A stretch of DNA of 63,857 nucleotides, filler included, from Octopus bimaculoides (Eukaryota), in the NCBI RefSeq assembly GCF_001194135.2. It is 8 parts of 8 records of this genome, joined end to end, with 100 filler letters (N's around TTAATTAATTAA, not from the genome) between each part and the next. Parts side by side here need not be neighbours in the genome. Positions count along the whole stretch, not along the records: positions 36,953 to 52,489 come from NC_069003.1; 7 more parts are not named here. The stretch is one strand, 5' to 3'. The notes under the pieces are model-generated. The model ran no database searches, was not told the DNA's origin, and saw nothing but the letters and a program-made list of their open reading frames with translations. Below are positions 40,240 to 51,859 of the stretch, one piece after another (the first letter of the stretch is position 1; each line of letters starts with the position of its first letter). A program made the position numbers and the translations under genes.

Positions 40240-40380
40240 TGACAGGCCTCCTTCAGTTTCCGTCTATGAAATCCACTCACAAGGTTTTGGTCAACATGAA
40301 GCTATAATAGAAGACACTTGCCCATGCAGTGGGACTGAACCCGAAACCATGTGGTTCTTACCACGCAGCTATTCCTGCAC
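40240..40380 (-). mobile_element. SINE family A head
   Basis: cttcagtttccgtctatgaaatccactcacaagg...gggactgaacccgaaaccatgtgg. Confidence 0.8.
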
Positions 40381-41199
40381 ATGTACATTATATATATATC
40401 AGGTACGTATATGCTACATACAGGAAAACATTACATTGTATTCAATCAAACAATAAATAACCCCACCACCACCATTACCTGTTCCCTCCCACAATGCACA
40501 CCTACATGTTGAAACACTTCCTGCATCACCTAGCACCACAACTCCCCCACATGCAGAGAACAACAGCGAAAATACAACACTACTGCAACAATAGACAGCT
40601 TGATGCATTTGAGTGCACACATGAAATTGCAAGCATGAATTGATGCAAAACAATTGCAACACTAATCACAGATGTTAGTTTGATGTTGCCGTGCAACACA
40701 TGCACAATGCTAATTGCATATCCTGTTAGGAGATGCTTGTTTAAGTGCATACAACATGCAACTGATGCAGGCGAGAAGAATCTGCGTAGTATCTACTCTA
40801 ATGAATCGCTGAAGACAATAGCCTACACATACATATACACAAACATGTATATACACAAATGTATATATCCACACACTAATACGTGCTCCTATAGNNNNNN
40901 NNNNTATATACATACCGACACACATTGAAATATGCAATTGAAAAGTATTGAATGATCCTTCAGTTTAATATATAATTATACATGAAAAACAAACTATATA
41001 TACACAATAAAATATATAAACATATAGACACACACACACACACACAATTTCAAAGAAGATTATGATTAAAATATAATGAAATACAACACAATCCAATAAA
41101 GCATGTCTGCCCTGTGTTTGATGTACAATACATGCAAGTTATACATAGACCATGTATATGTGTGTGTGTGTGCAATTAGGTATGTATATAACATCACAT

Positions 41200-41396
41200 T
41201 GTCATCGTTATTTAACATCCACTTCACTATGCTTGCATGTATCAGATGGAATTGGCTGAGGCAGATTTTCTACAGCTGGATGCCCATCCTATCAGCAGCC
41301 CTTACCTGCTTGCAAGCCAGGTAGTATTTCCCCATGACCAGACAGGATTTCACAGAAGAGTGAAAACTGCTTGTATGACAGTGACACAAATATATG

Positions 41397-41436
<40 letters not shown>

Positions 41437-41722
41437 CAAACATGTGTGCACATATACAGGTGTGGTAANNNNNNNNNNTACATAGACCATGTATATGTGT
41501 GTGTGTGTGCAATTAGGTATGTATATAACATCACATTGTCATCGTTATTTAACATCCACTTCACTATGCTTGCATGTATCAGATGGAATTGGCTGAGGCA
41601 GATTTTCTACAGCTGGATGCCCATCCTATCAGCAGCCCTTACCTGCTTGCAAGCCAGGTAGTATTTCCCCATGACCAGACAGGATTTCACAGAAGAGTGA
41701 AAACTGCTTGTATGACAGTGAC
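41200..41722 (-). mobile_element. Diverged RTE 3' tail, duplicated across a 10-N gap
   Basis: 41142-41418 is identical to 41479-41755. Confidence 0.7.
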
Positions 41723-42151
41723 ACAAATATATGCACACACACACACACACACACANNNNNNNNNNNNNNNNNNNNNNNNNNNNNNNNNNNNNNNNNNNNN
41801 NNNNNNNNNNNNNNNNNNNNNNNNNNNNNNNNNNNNNNNNNNNNNNNNNNNNNNNNNNNNNNNNNNNNNNNNNNNNNNNNNNNNNNNNNNNNNNNNNNNN
41901 NNNNNNNNNNNNNNNNNNNNNNNNNNNNNNNNNNNNNNNNNNNNNNNNNNNNNNNNNNNNNNNNNNNNNNNNNNNNNNNNNNNNNNNNNNNNNNNNNNNN
42001 NNNNNNNNNNNNNNNNNNNNNNNNNNNNNNNNNNNNNNNNNNNNNNNNNNNNNNNNNNNNNNNNNNNNNNNNNNNNNNNNNNNNNNNNNNNNNNNNNNNN
42101 NNNNNNNNNNNNNNNNNNNNNNNNNNNNNNNNNNNNNNNNNNNNNNNNNNN

Positions 42152-42540
42152 GCTGGATGTCCTTCCTAATGCCAACCACTCCAAGAGTGCAATGGATGCT
42201 TTTATGCGCCACTGGCATTGGTGCCAGTTGCATGACTACAGTATCCGCCAAGACTATGATTTCACTTGGCTTGATGGGTCTTCTACTCAAGTACAGCATA
42301 TTGCCAAAGGTCTTGGTTGTTGGTCACTGCCTCATGAGGCCCAACACTCGAAAGGAGCTTTCCACATGCCACTGGCATCAGCCACTTTGCCTCCGTGAGG
42401 CCCAACACTCAAAAGGTGCTTTTTACAGGCCACCTGCACAGGTGCCAGTTATGTGACACTGGCATCAGCCACGATTATGATTTCACTTGGATCGACAGGT
42501 CTTCTCAAGCACAGCATATTGCCAAACGTCTCAGTCACGA
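42152..42540 (-). mobile_element. RTE 3' end/UTR with internal partial duplication
   Basis: gctggatgtccttcctaatgccaaccactcc...gatttcacttggcttgatgggtcttct; homologous to 51950-52130. Confidence 0.75.
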
Positions 42541-42594
42541 GTACATCCAATGAGAGTTCAATATTACTAAACATTTCAACTACATGTACTTATC

Positions 42595-42639
42595 GTGCTA
42601 CTAATAGTTTCCCCATACATGCATATGTTCATCAGGCGC
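42595..42639 (-). ncRNA. Hammerhead-like motif (type I, minimal), left arm
   Basis: GCGC-CUGAUGA-A-CAUAU-GCAU-GUAUG-GG-GAAAC-UAUUA-GUA-GCAC; stem II base non-canonical. Confidence 0.45.
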
Positions 42640-43037
42640 CAATTGCACCTTACTCCCAAAGCTTTAGTTTAAATAGAACAGTTTAGAACCGGTACAAAGA
42701 GAAACCCTGTCTAATGGAAGATACCACCTTAATGAGTAAAATAAAATAAAGAAAATATAAAAATGAGTATAATGTACAATTATTTATTTATATTTATTTT
42801 TACAAATTTATTTAAATTTGATATCCTTCATATTTTCACATTCCATCACAGGATCCCACGTCTTCAGAATTTTAATAATTTGTACATTGTCCTGTTGACT
42901 CATTTTTAAAATTTTATTTTTATTTTATTTTATTTTATTCATCAAGGTGGTATCTTCCATTAGACATGCTTTATCTTTGTACCGGTTCTAAACTGTTCCT
43001 CTATTTAAACTAAAGTTATGGGAGTATAGTGTGATTG

Positions 43038-43081
43038 ATGCCTGATGAACGTACGCACGTACGGGAAACTATTAGTAGTGT
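43038..43081 (+). ncRNA. Hammerhead-like motif (type I, minimal), right arm
   Basis: AUGC-CUGAUGA-A-CGUAC-GCAC-GUACG-G-GAAAC-UAUUA-GUA-GUGU. Confidence 0.5.
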
Positions 43082-43111
43082 GATAAGTACATGTAGCTGA
43101 AATGTTTAGTA

Positions 43112-43155
<44 letters not shown>

Positions 43156-43334
43156 NNNNNNNNNNNNNNNNNNNNNNNNNNNNNNNNNNNNNNNNNNNNN
43201 NNNNNNNNNNNNNNNNNNNNNNNNNNNNNNNNNNNNNNNNNNNNNNNNNNNNNNNNNNNNNNNNNNNNNNNNNNNNNNNNNNNNNNNNNNNNNNNNNNNN
43301 NNNNNNNNNNNNNNNNNNNNNNNNNNNNNNNNNC

Positions 43335-43500
43335 CCACTACACTCTCGGAGTGGTTGGCGTCAGGAAGGGCATCCAGCTGTAGAAACTCTGCCAGATCAG
43401 AGCCTGGTGTAGCCATCTGGTTCACCAGTCCTCAGTCAAATCGTTCAACCCATGCTAGCATGGAAAGCGGACGTTAAACGAAGATGATGATGATGATGAT
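43335..43500 (+). mobile_element. RTE 3' tail ending in (GAT)n
   Basis: ggagtggttggcgtcaggaagggcatccagctg...catggaaagcggacgttaaacgaagatgatgatg. Confidence 0.85.
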
Positions 43501-43671
43501 ATATATATATTATATTATATATATTTTATTACATGTATTTATTTTCTCCTAGTAATAAATAACTCGGATAAAATAAATTGGTTAATAGATACCAGGGTAG
43601 CAAAGATCACAAAATAACTGTGGTGTAACTCCTGTTTATGAGGTAGAAACTCCTTGATATTTTGGGTATTT

Positions 43672-44120
43672 GAGTATATATAAATTTAAAGAATGGAGTA
43701 AACGTATATTATAACTGCATACTTTTATTCCGACATGTTTCGAAGAATTACAATTTATGCGATCCATAGGAATCGGCGATGTTAAAAATGTAAACTTCTC
43801 CTCAGGGAAATGTATGGGAACCAGCTAGAACATAAGACATTATAATTGAATATGAGAACTATAGTTGGAGAAGGTTATAACGTAATTCATTTGAAAAAAC
43901 CGTTGGAGATTAGGACGCTACCAGATAGTATGTTGGACAAGAAGGGAAGAAATGAAAAGAAAAATAAGGAAAGAAAATTCAGAGTGTAGAATTAGGAGAC
44001 GATAGGATGATATAAATCCGATAAAAATTGGAGAGGAATGTTATGTAATAAAAAGGCATTATAAATGGGGTTAATCTTGTGTTTCTACAAAAATATTGAG
44101 ATGAATGTTTAAATCATTTA
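43672..44120 (-). mobile_element. Penelope-like element terminal (pLTR) remnant
   Basis: Contains a hammerhead core followed by AATAAAA and a short tail; a second partial copy lies at 30464. Confidence 0.6.
43728..43809 (-). ncRNA. Type I hammerhead ribozyme with long stem II
   Basis: UUCC-CUGAGGA-GAAG...CUUC-GAAAC-AU-GUC-GGAA; complete catalytic core, palindromic stem III ACAUGU. Confidence 0.8.
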
Positions 44121-44915
44121 TACTTTTGTGTATGTGCATATATACACAAACAAACACACATATACTCATATATATATACATATATGCATATCTATATACA
44201 CACCTACGTACAAACCCATATATATATATATAGGTAGGAGCTCACCTAGCCCTGCCTGAGATTTGAAACCAAATCTACACACTTGTTGCTAGTCAAACAA
44301 CTGTCTGATTCCTTTGTGTTTTATCTCCATGTTGGGAAATTAATGAGAAATCTCTGACCTTCTACAACCTTTGATAGTCACTGAAGGGTCAGTCCTTTGT
44401 TTTAGGTTTGACCTAAATCCTGGCCATACCCTATATAACCAAGATCATATCTCACTTGCCCTCTTTGGTTGGCAAACCTCCAACTGGGAGCAATTGGCTT
44501 CCCACACAGAATAGCATCGGCCAGATGGAAAGGGACAAACATAATCCTTACTCTTTCTTCCTCTCTGTCAGCAGAACACACAGTTTCCACACTATCACTA
44601 CCTACAAGCAACCAACACACCATTCCAACTGTCAATTACTACTATGAATGTCTTACTAACCACTGCCAGCAAATAAATTTGTGAATATTATTCCTTTCCA
44701 CTTCAATCTTATTACACTGCTTCATCCTGCTTCTGACTATCTACATACGACCCAGCACAGAACAATTTCTACATCAAGTAACTTTTCATCTGTACAATAC
44801 AACTGGTACCTCCAATGTGAAAACCTTACATTCATACATTACATATGATGACCCTTCATATCTTACCACTCACTACATTTGGTAACTCTGATGTACAAAC
44901 ACATCTGTCAATTAC

Positions 44916-44966
<51 letters not shown>

Positions 44967-45021
44967 ATGTCCTGATCTGTGATAAAAAGTTCAACAATAA
45001 AGTAATTTAAATAAATAAATA

Positions 45022-45052
<31 letters not shown>

Positions 45053-45053
45053 A

Positions 45054-45181
45054 GGCGTAGGAGTGGCTGTGTGGTAAGTAGCTTGCTTACAAACCACATG
45101 CTTCCGGGTTCAATCCAACTGCATGGCACCTTGTGAGTGGATTTGGTAGACGGAAACTGAAAGAAGCCCGTTGTATATATG

Positions 45182-45212
<31 letters not shown>

Positions 45213-45313
45213 GTATGTGTGTGTGTATATGTTTGTGTGTCTGTTTGTCCCCCCAACATCGCTTGACAGCCAATGCTGGTGTGTTTATGTCCCTGTAACT
45301 TAGCGGTTCGGCA
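45054..45313 (+). mobile_element. SINE family A with internal deletion, tail lost in gap
   Basis: ggcgtaggagtggctgtgtggtaagtagcttgctt...ggaaactgaaagaagcccg. Confidence 0.85.
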
Positions 45314-45988
45314 ANNNNNNNNNNNNNNNNNNNNNNNNNNNNNNNNNNNNNNNNNNNNNNNNNNNNNNNNNNNNNNNNNNNNNNNNNNNNNNNNNNNNNN
45401 NNNNNNNNNNNNNNNNNNNNNNNNNNNNNNNNNNNNNNNNNNNNNNNNNNNNNNNNNNNNNNNNNNNNNNNNNNNNNNNNNNNNNNNNNNNNNNNNNNNN
45501 NNNNNNNNNNNNNNNNNNNNNNNNNNNNNNNNNNNNNNNATATATATATATATATATAAATAAAACGGATTTCTCTAAGTTTCTGTCTACCAAATCCATT
45601 CATATGGTTTTGACTGGCCTATGGCAATAGTAGAAGGCACTTGCCAAAGGTGTCATACAGTGGGACTGAACCGAGGACCATGTGGTTGGGAAGCAGACTT
45701 CATACCACACAGCCACGTCTGTGCCTACACACACACACCCACACAATGGGCTTCATTGAAAAATGCCACTGGTATGATGGTGAGGCTAATTTACAATCAT
45801 CACAGGATGTCAAAACAAGGGTACACATAAACACACACATATATGTTAAGAATATGAGGGGCTTAGCTCACTGGTGATCTAAACCAATAGGTACACTATG
45901 TAAGTGCTATAACTGATCATCCGTTAGGGTCCAAGCTCACAGTTGAGGTGGAGCTAGGGATCTGTGGTAGGCTTCCAAGTCAACAGGT

Positions 45989-46322
45989 ATATATTAAAGG
46001 AAAGGAAAGGAAAACAAAACCAAGGCAGGATGAGTATTTCAAGTCATTTAGAAAATTTAATTAGAGTAAGGTGAAACAAAGACGAAGAAGTAGAAGTAAT
46101 TAATGTCTTACAGTTGTTTCTGGGATATCCTGCATACACACCTTGTCTCTGATGACGGATTATCTAGTGTATGGAGATGTTAATCCATCACCTGGGATAC
46201 AGCTGTAAAACGTTAATTACTTCTACTCCTCCATCTTTGTTTCACCTTACTCTAATTAAATATTCTAAATGATCTGAGATACTAATCCTGCCTTGCCTTT
46301 GTTTTCTATTCCTTTAATATAT
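45989..46322. mobile_element. Second fold-back element (arms 45989-46138 and 46167-46322) with a split, degenerate hammerhead
   Basis: Arms about 85% reverse complementary; central UGUCU-CUGAUGA-CGGAUUA; GAAAC-AACU-GUA-AGACA on the minus left arm. Confidence 0.85.
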
Positions 46323-46329
46323 CTATATC

Positions 46330-46362
<33 letters not shown>

Positions 46363-46509
46363 CAAGAGAAATTACCTATAACAGGCAATTTCTACACGCT
46401 AGGAGACAATCAAAAACGGCCAAAAACCACAAAATGTAAGCAATTTCAAAGGGAATGAAAAAATAAAAACTTTTACCTCTATAAGTATATATATATATAA
46501 AAAAACAAA

Positions 46510-46785
46510 ACATTTGACTGACACCTGTGCAGGTGGCACGTAAAATACACCAATTTGAACGTGGCCATTGCCAGTACCACCTGACTGGCCCTCATGCCGG
46601 TGGCACGTAAAAAGCACCCACTACACTCTTGGAGTGGTTGGCGTTAAGAAGGGCATCCAGCTGTAGAAACTCTGCCAAATCAGATTGGAGTCTGGTGTAG
46701 CCATCTGGTTCACCAGTCCTCAGTCAAATCGTCCAACCCATGCCAGCATGGAAAGCGGACATTAAGTGATGATGGTGATGATGAA
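46510..46785 (+). mobile_element. RTE 3' UTR tail
   Basis: Same tail family as 43335 and 51151. Confidence 0.85.
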
Positions 46786-46789
46786 AAAA

Positions 46790-47110
46790 CTGGGACTCCA
46801 TTGTTTACAATGATAAGTGTTCCAGTTGAGCCGATGAACAGAACCTGCTCATGAAATTAACGTGTATGTGGCTGAGCACTCCACAGACACATATACCCTT
46901 AATGTAGTTCTCAGGGAGATTCAGCATGACACAGAATGTAACAAGGATGACCCTTTGAAATACAGGTACTACTCATATTTGCCAGCTGAGTGGACCGGAA
47001 CAACGTGAAATAAAGTGTCTTGCTCAAGGACACAATGTGTCACCAGGAATTGAACTCATGACCTTACAATTGTGAGCCAAATACCCTAACAACTAAGCCA
47101 TGTGCCTTCA
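46790..47110 (-). mobile_element. tRNA-headed SINE family C, near full length
   Basis: Minus head tggcttagttgttagggt...gagttcaattcc then ccttgagcaagacactttatttcacg. Confidence 0.8.
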
Positions 47111-47130
47111 CACACACACATATATATATA

Positions 47131-47934
47131 CACGTATACCTCAGCTTAAGTCCTTTCAATGTAAGTGGTTCTCAATTATACGTTGGTTTTCAAAAATAAT
47201 ACACTGAAAAATAAAAATCAAGTCAAGTCATTTTACTCGACTTTATGTCTGTCTGCCACAAATATTGGAATCGTAAAATCACTAGAAAACCTTTAAAAGC
47301 ACATAAAATCATGTTACTATACAGTAAACAAGAATAAAAGCATATAAAACCATTTTAAAATATGTACAGTAAATGCTAAGATACACACAATAAAGTAGTG
47401 TAGCTTGGTGAATGAAATCACGAAATCAGCTGTGTTGTCTTATTTACTTGATCTTTCAGAGCTCATATTGCATTTTAGTTCCAATATCTACCGTCAGGCA
47501 TCATTGTCACCCATGATTACCATGATTGTTCTGAATTCAGATTTCTTTGTCTGTTTATCGGCTACTTTCTCATTCTCATTCATTTGTGACTTTATTTTTT
47601 TCCCCCATGGCTCCTAAGAAAATTTATAGTGAAAGTGCTAAGCGTCATTCTATAACATTGGAAGAAAAACTGGCTATAGTAAAACGCCGTGAAAAAGTGG
47701 TAGCAATTGCACGATCTTTTGGGATGAGTTGGATAACTGTATCAACAATTGTACAAAATAAGCACAAGATTTTAGCATATATCAGATCTGAAGCCCCAGG
47801 GATGAAGAACACTGTCATCAATAGGCTTAGCCTAGAGACATGTAAATTCGGCCTAGCCTAGCCTGGAGACAAGTTAATTCGACTTAAGTCCTGTCTCCTG
47901 GAACCAATTAATGACGTAGGGTGAGGTATGCCTG
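47131..47934 (+). mobile_element. Internally deleted Tigger/pogo transposon
   Basis: Imperfect TIRs CAC/GGYATACCTCA..TA.GTC with TA flanks; transposase N-terminus inside. Confidence 0.85.
47607..47861 (+). pseudogene. Truncated Tigger transposase N-terminus (CENP-B-type HTH)
   Basis: MAPKK..SESAKRHSITLEEKLAIVKR..KVVAIARSFGMSWITVSTIVQNKHKI. Confidence 0.85.
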
Positions 47935-47954
47935 TATATATATACATATAGGCA

Positions 47955-48119
47955 GGCGCAGGAGTGGCTATGTGGTAAGTAGCTTGCTTACCAACCACAG
48001 GGTTCCGGGTTCAGGTCCACTGTGTGGCATCTTGGGCAAGTGTCTTCTACTATAGCCTTGGGCTGACCAAAGCCTTCTGAGTGGATTTGGTAGACGGAAA
48101 CTGAAAGAAGCCCGTTGTA

Positions 48120-48176
<57 letters not shown>

Positions 48177-48350
48177 TTGTGTGTCTGTCCCCCTAGCATT
48201 GCTTGACAACCGATGCTGGTGTGTTCATGTCCCCGTCACTTAGCGGTTCGGCAAAAGAGACCGATAGAATAAGTACCAGGCTTACAAAGAAAGGTGGTGC
48301 TCCAGCATGGCCGCAGTCAAATGACTGAAACAAGTAAAAGAGTAAAGAGT
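47955..48350 (+). mobile_element. SINE family A, best-preserved copy
   Basis: tRNA-like head with A/B-box-like motifs, internal (TA)n(TG)n, tail ending (AAGAGT)n. Confidence 0.92.
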
Positions 48351-48354
48351 ATAT

Positions 48355-48920
48355 ATGCTCGAGTTGGCCTGGGGCCATAGTAAATGACATTTGCTCATGG
48401 TACCACACAGTAGGATTGAAACCTGAACAATGTGGTTGGGGAGCAAATGTTTTCCCATACAGCCACCCGTATATATAATGGAGGTAAGTTATGGAAAAAG
48501 GATACCCCAAGAAGACATGGGATAAAGTGTTGAAGGCTGATCTCAAAACGCTGAGCATTACGAAAGAGATGACAGGACTGTGGCCTTGCTGGAGCATTTC
48601 TTTGAAGGGACTTTGCTGAACAAACCAACCTTAGTACCTAATTTTAATCTGGTATTTATTTTAAATTATGAGGACACAAGGTGCAGGTGGGACACACACA
48701 AAGACACACATGTATAAATATACATACACACACACACACACATATATACATATATATATACACACATACATATACAACCAAATCCACTGCTAAGGGATTG
48801 GTCAGCCCAGGGCTCTAGCAGAAGACACTTGCCCAAAATACAATGCAATGCAGTGGGACTGAACCTGAAACCATGTGGTTTCGAAGCAAGCTTCTTAACC
48901 ACACAGCCGTGTCTGCACCT
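48355..48920 (-). mobile_element. Two further SINE family A heads (48355-48468 and 48775-48920)
   Basis: gaagacacttgcccaa...gggactgaacctgaaaccatgtgg. Confidence 0.75.
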
Positions 48921-49059
48921 ATAAAATAAAAGATAAAACAATAATAAAAAACACGAGTTCATTTATTTGTGTTGCTATGGAGATGATTGATACATTATCA
49001 TCATCACAACAGGGTAGAAACTACCAACACACTGTGAGCACTATGTTGCTGTAATTGCC

Positions 49060-49690
49060 AACATCAACACCACCACCACCACCACCACCAATATCACTAC
49101 CACTACAACTACTACTGCTGCTACTACTATTACTTCAGTACCATCGAAATAATCATTAAAACTTCCCTATCACTAACACCACCACTGCGCCATCGCCAAT
49201 ACTACTGCTAATACTACAACCAATACTCCTGCCATGACCATCATTATCATTTATGCCACCACCACTACCACCACTAGGAATACTATTATGTCCAATCCCC
49301 AACGTGACCATCACTGCCAATTCTAACATCATCATGAACAAAAAGCTACCACCAATACTAGGAATATTATTGTGACCAATCACAACATGACCACCACCAA
49401 TTCTATCATCATCACTATCTCTTTATTAATATCATCACCAACAAAGCTACCACCACCATGTTCAATCCCAATGTGACCACCACCACCAATACTAACACCA
49501 TCACTACCTCTTTATTAATATCCCCACCAATACTAAGAATGCTACTATGTTCAATCCTAACATGACCATCACTGCCAAGTCTAACATCATCACTACTTCT
49601 TTATTAATATCATCACCAACTAAGCTACCACCACCACCACCACCACCGCCATCAGCATCATCATCACTGCAGCCATTACCAATTCAGCAT
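49060..49690. repeat. Low-complexity (CAC/CAT)-derived degenerate minisatellite
   Basis: Recurring blocks ctctttattaatatcatcaccaacaaagctaccacc and gaccatcactgccaa.tctaacatcatca; frameshifted in all frames. Confidence 0.8.
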
Positions 49691-50053
49691 CCAATTTTAC
49701 AAGCTGCCAATAGCTAAGCAGGTCTGAATGGAAAACAATTGGCACCAAACCAAAAGTACATAGTTCCTGGCACTGTGGAAGTGGTCATGGCTTGGACAGA
49801 CAGTCCTGATTATTAAAACAAAACAAACAACAACAATAATGACTTGTTTTATTTGCCAGAAGGGCAGATAAAAAGAAAAAAGAAAAAAAAACTACGAAAT
49901 CATTTGTCCTAAATGTTGACCAATAATGAAAGCGCAAACTTCTCTGACAAGATATCGGTATTCTGCATCAGCTGATTGTTCAATAGATTATCTTTGACAA
50001 ACCACTGCGTCGTAGATGCTCATTCCGTGTTTATTCATTTTACAAACTGACCG

Positions 50054-50350
50054 GGCGTGGCCGTGTGATAAGAAGTTTGCTTCCCTACCACATGGTTCTG
50101 GGTTCAATCCTACAGCATCACACCTTGGGTTTGTGTCTTTTAGCATAGCTCCAGACTGACCAAAGCCCTTGTGAGGGGATCCAGTACACAGGGACAGAAA
50201 GAAGCCTAAGCTGGCTTCAAATTCCACCAAGGTCAACTTTGCTATCCCCCCTTTCAGGGTCGATGAAATAAGTACCAGTTGAATGCTGGGGATGATGTAA
50301 TCAACACTCAATCCCTTAAAATTGCTGGCTTTGTGCCAAAATTTGAAACA
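50054..50350 (+). mobile_element. Chimeric SINE: family A head fused to family B body
   Basis: gggcgtggccgtgtgataagaagtttgcttcc...then ccaccaaggtcaactttgcta...gtcgatgaaataagtaccagttg. Confidence 0.7.
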
Positions 50351-50411
50351 CACACACATCTATCTATATATATATATATATAAATATATATATATCATCA
50401 TCATCATTTAA

Positions 50412-50612
50412 CCCTTTAACATTCATATCTCTGTCATAATTATTATTTATCCTCATTGTTTTAAATAAATCACACATTATCTTGTCGCTTCAAGATTTTA
50501 ATCATGTGATTGTTTATTTTTATAATGACATGGTGGGGTAGGTGTGAGAGGTCAGATCTGGCTTGGTTGAACATAAAACAGGTAGAGTATTTGGGCCAGA
50601 TATGGCCAGTTT
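50412..50612. mobile_element. piggyBac-like MITE, truncated by gap (identical to 51400-51600)
   Basis: TTAA|CCCTTTAACATTCA left end. Confidence 0.75.
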
Positions 50613-51150
50613 NNNNNNNNNNNNNNNNNNNNNNNNNNNNNNNNNNNNNNNNNNNNNNNNNNNNNNNNNNNNNNNNNNNNNNNNNNNNNNNNNNNNNNNN
50701 NNNNNNNNNNNNNNNNNNNNNNNNNNNNNNNNNNNNNNNNNNNNNNNNNNNNNNNNNNNNNNNNNNNNNNNNNNNNNNNNNNNNNNNNNNNNNNNNNNNN
50801 NNNNNNNNNNNNNNNNNNNNNNNNNNNNNNNNNNNNNNNNNNNNNNNNNNNNNNNNNNNNNNNNNNNNNNNNNNNNNNNNNNNNNNNNNNNNNNNNNNNN
50901 NNNNNNNNNNNNNNNNNNNNNNNNNNNNNNNNNNNNNNNNNNNNNNNNNNNNNNNNNNNNNNNNNNNNNNNNNNNNNNNNNNNNNNNNNNNNNNNNNNNN
51001 NNNNNNNNNNNNNNNNNNNNNNNNNNNNNNNNNNNNNNNNNNNNNNNNNNNNNNNNNNNNNNNNNNNNNNNNNNNNNNNNNNNNNNNNNNNNNNNNNNNN
51101 NNNNNNNNNNNNNNNNNNNNNNNNNNNNNNNNNNNNNNNNNNNNNNNNNN

Positions 51151-51352
51151 NCGAGCGTGGCCGTTTTCGTGCGGGTGACACGTAAAAGCACCCACTACAC
51201 TCTCTGAGTGGTTGGCGTTAGGAAGGGCATCCAGCTGTAGAAACTCTGCCAAATTAGATTGGAGCCTGGTGTTGCCATCCGGTTTCACCAGTCCTCAGTC
51301 AAATCGTTCAACCCATGCTAGCATGGAAAGCGGACGTTAAACGATGATGATA
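51151..51352 (+). mobile_element. RTE 3' tail
   Basis: gagtggttggcgttaggaagggcatccagctg...cggacgttaaacgatgatga. Confidence 0.85.
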
Positions 51353-51399
51353 TATATATATATATATATACATACATATATATCATCATCATCATTTAA

Positions 51400-51613
51400 C
51401 CCTTTAACATTCATATCTCTGTCATAATTATTATTTATCCTCATTGTTTTAAATAAATCACACATTATCTTGTCGCTTCAAGATTTTAATCATGTGATTG
51501 TTTATTTTTATAATGACATGGTGGGGTAGGTGTGAGAGGTCAGATCTGGCTTGGTTGAACATAAAACAGGTAGAGTATTTGGGCCAGATATGGCCAGTTT
51601 GAATGCTAAAAGG
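51400..51613. mobile_element. piggyBac-like MITE (214 bp) with TTAA TSD, nested in an RTE tail
   Basis: TTAA|CCCTTTAACATTCA ... TGAATGCTAAAAGG|TTAA. Confidence 0.85.
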
Positions 51614-51859
51614 TTAATATTTGTTTTCCATGCTGGCACGGTTTGGATGGTTTGACAGGAGCTGCACCAGCCTCCATTGTCTGCTTTGGCAAGGTTTCTA
51701 CAGCTAGATCCCTTCCTAATGCCAATGATTTTACAGAGTGCACCAGCACTGACAAGGTCACCAAGTAACTTGCATGACAAAAAACTCCAACTAAAAGGGA
51801 GTAGTGGGAGGGGGGGGCTTTCTACCAGTTTATATATAGATATATACATAATGATCATC

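Larger units (their letters stand above)
42561..43115. mobile_element. Fold-back element (arms 42561-42784 and 42874-43115), Penelope inverted-pLTR-like
   Basis: About 230-bp arms, roughly 80-85% reverse complementary by eye; each arm carries a hammerhead-like core. Confidence 0.85.

Noticed and set aside
41142-41755. Exact direct duplications flanking gaps (also 37718-37991 and 50390-50612 vs 51378-51600)
   Set aside because: Perfect identity across N gaps indicates unmerged contig overlaps rather than real tandem arrays; long reads would settle it
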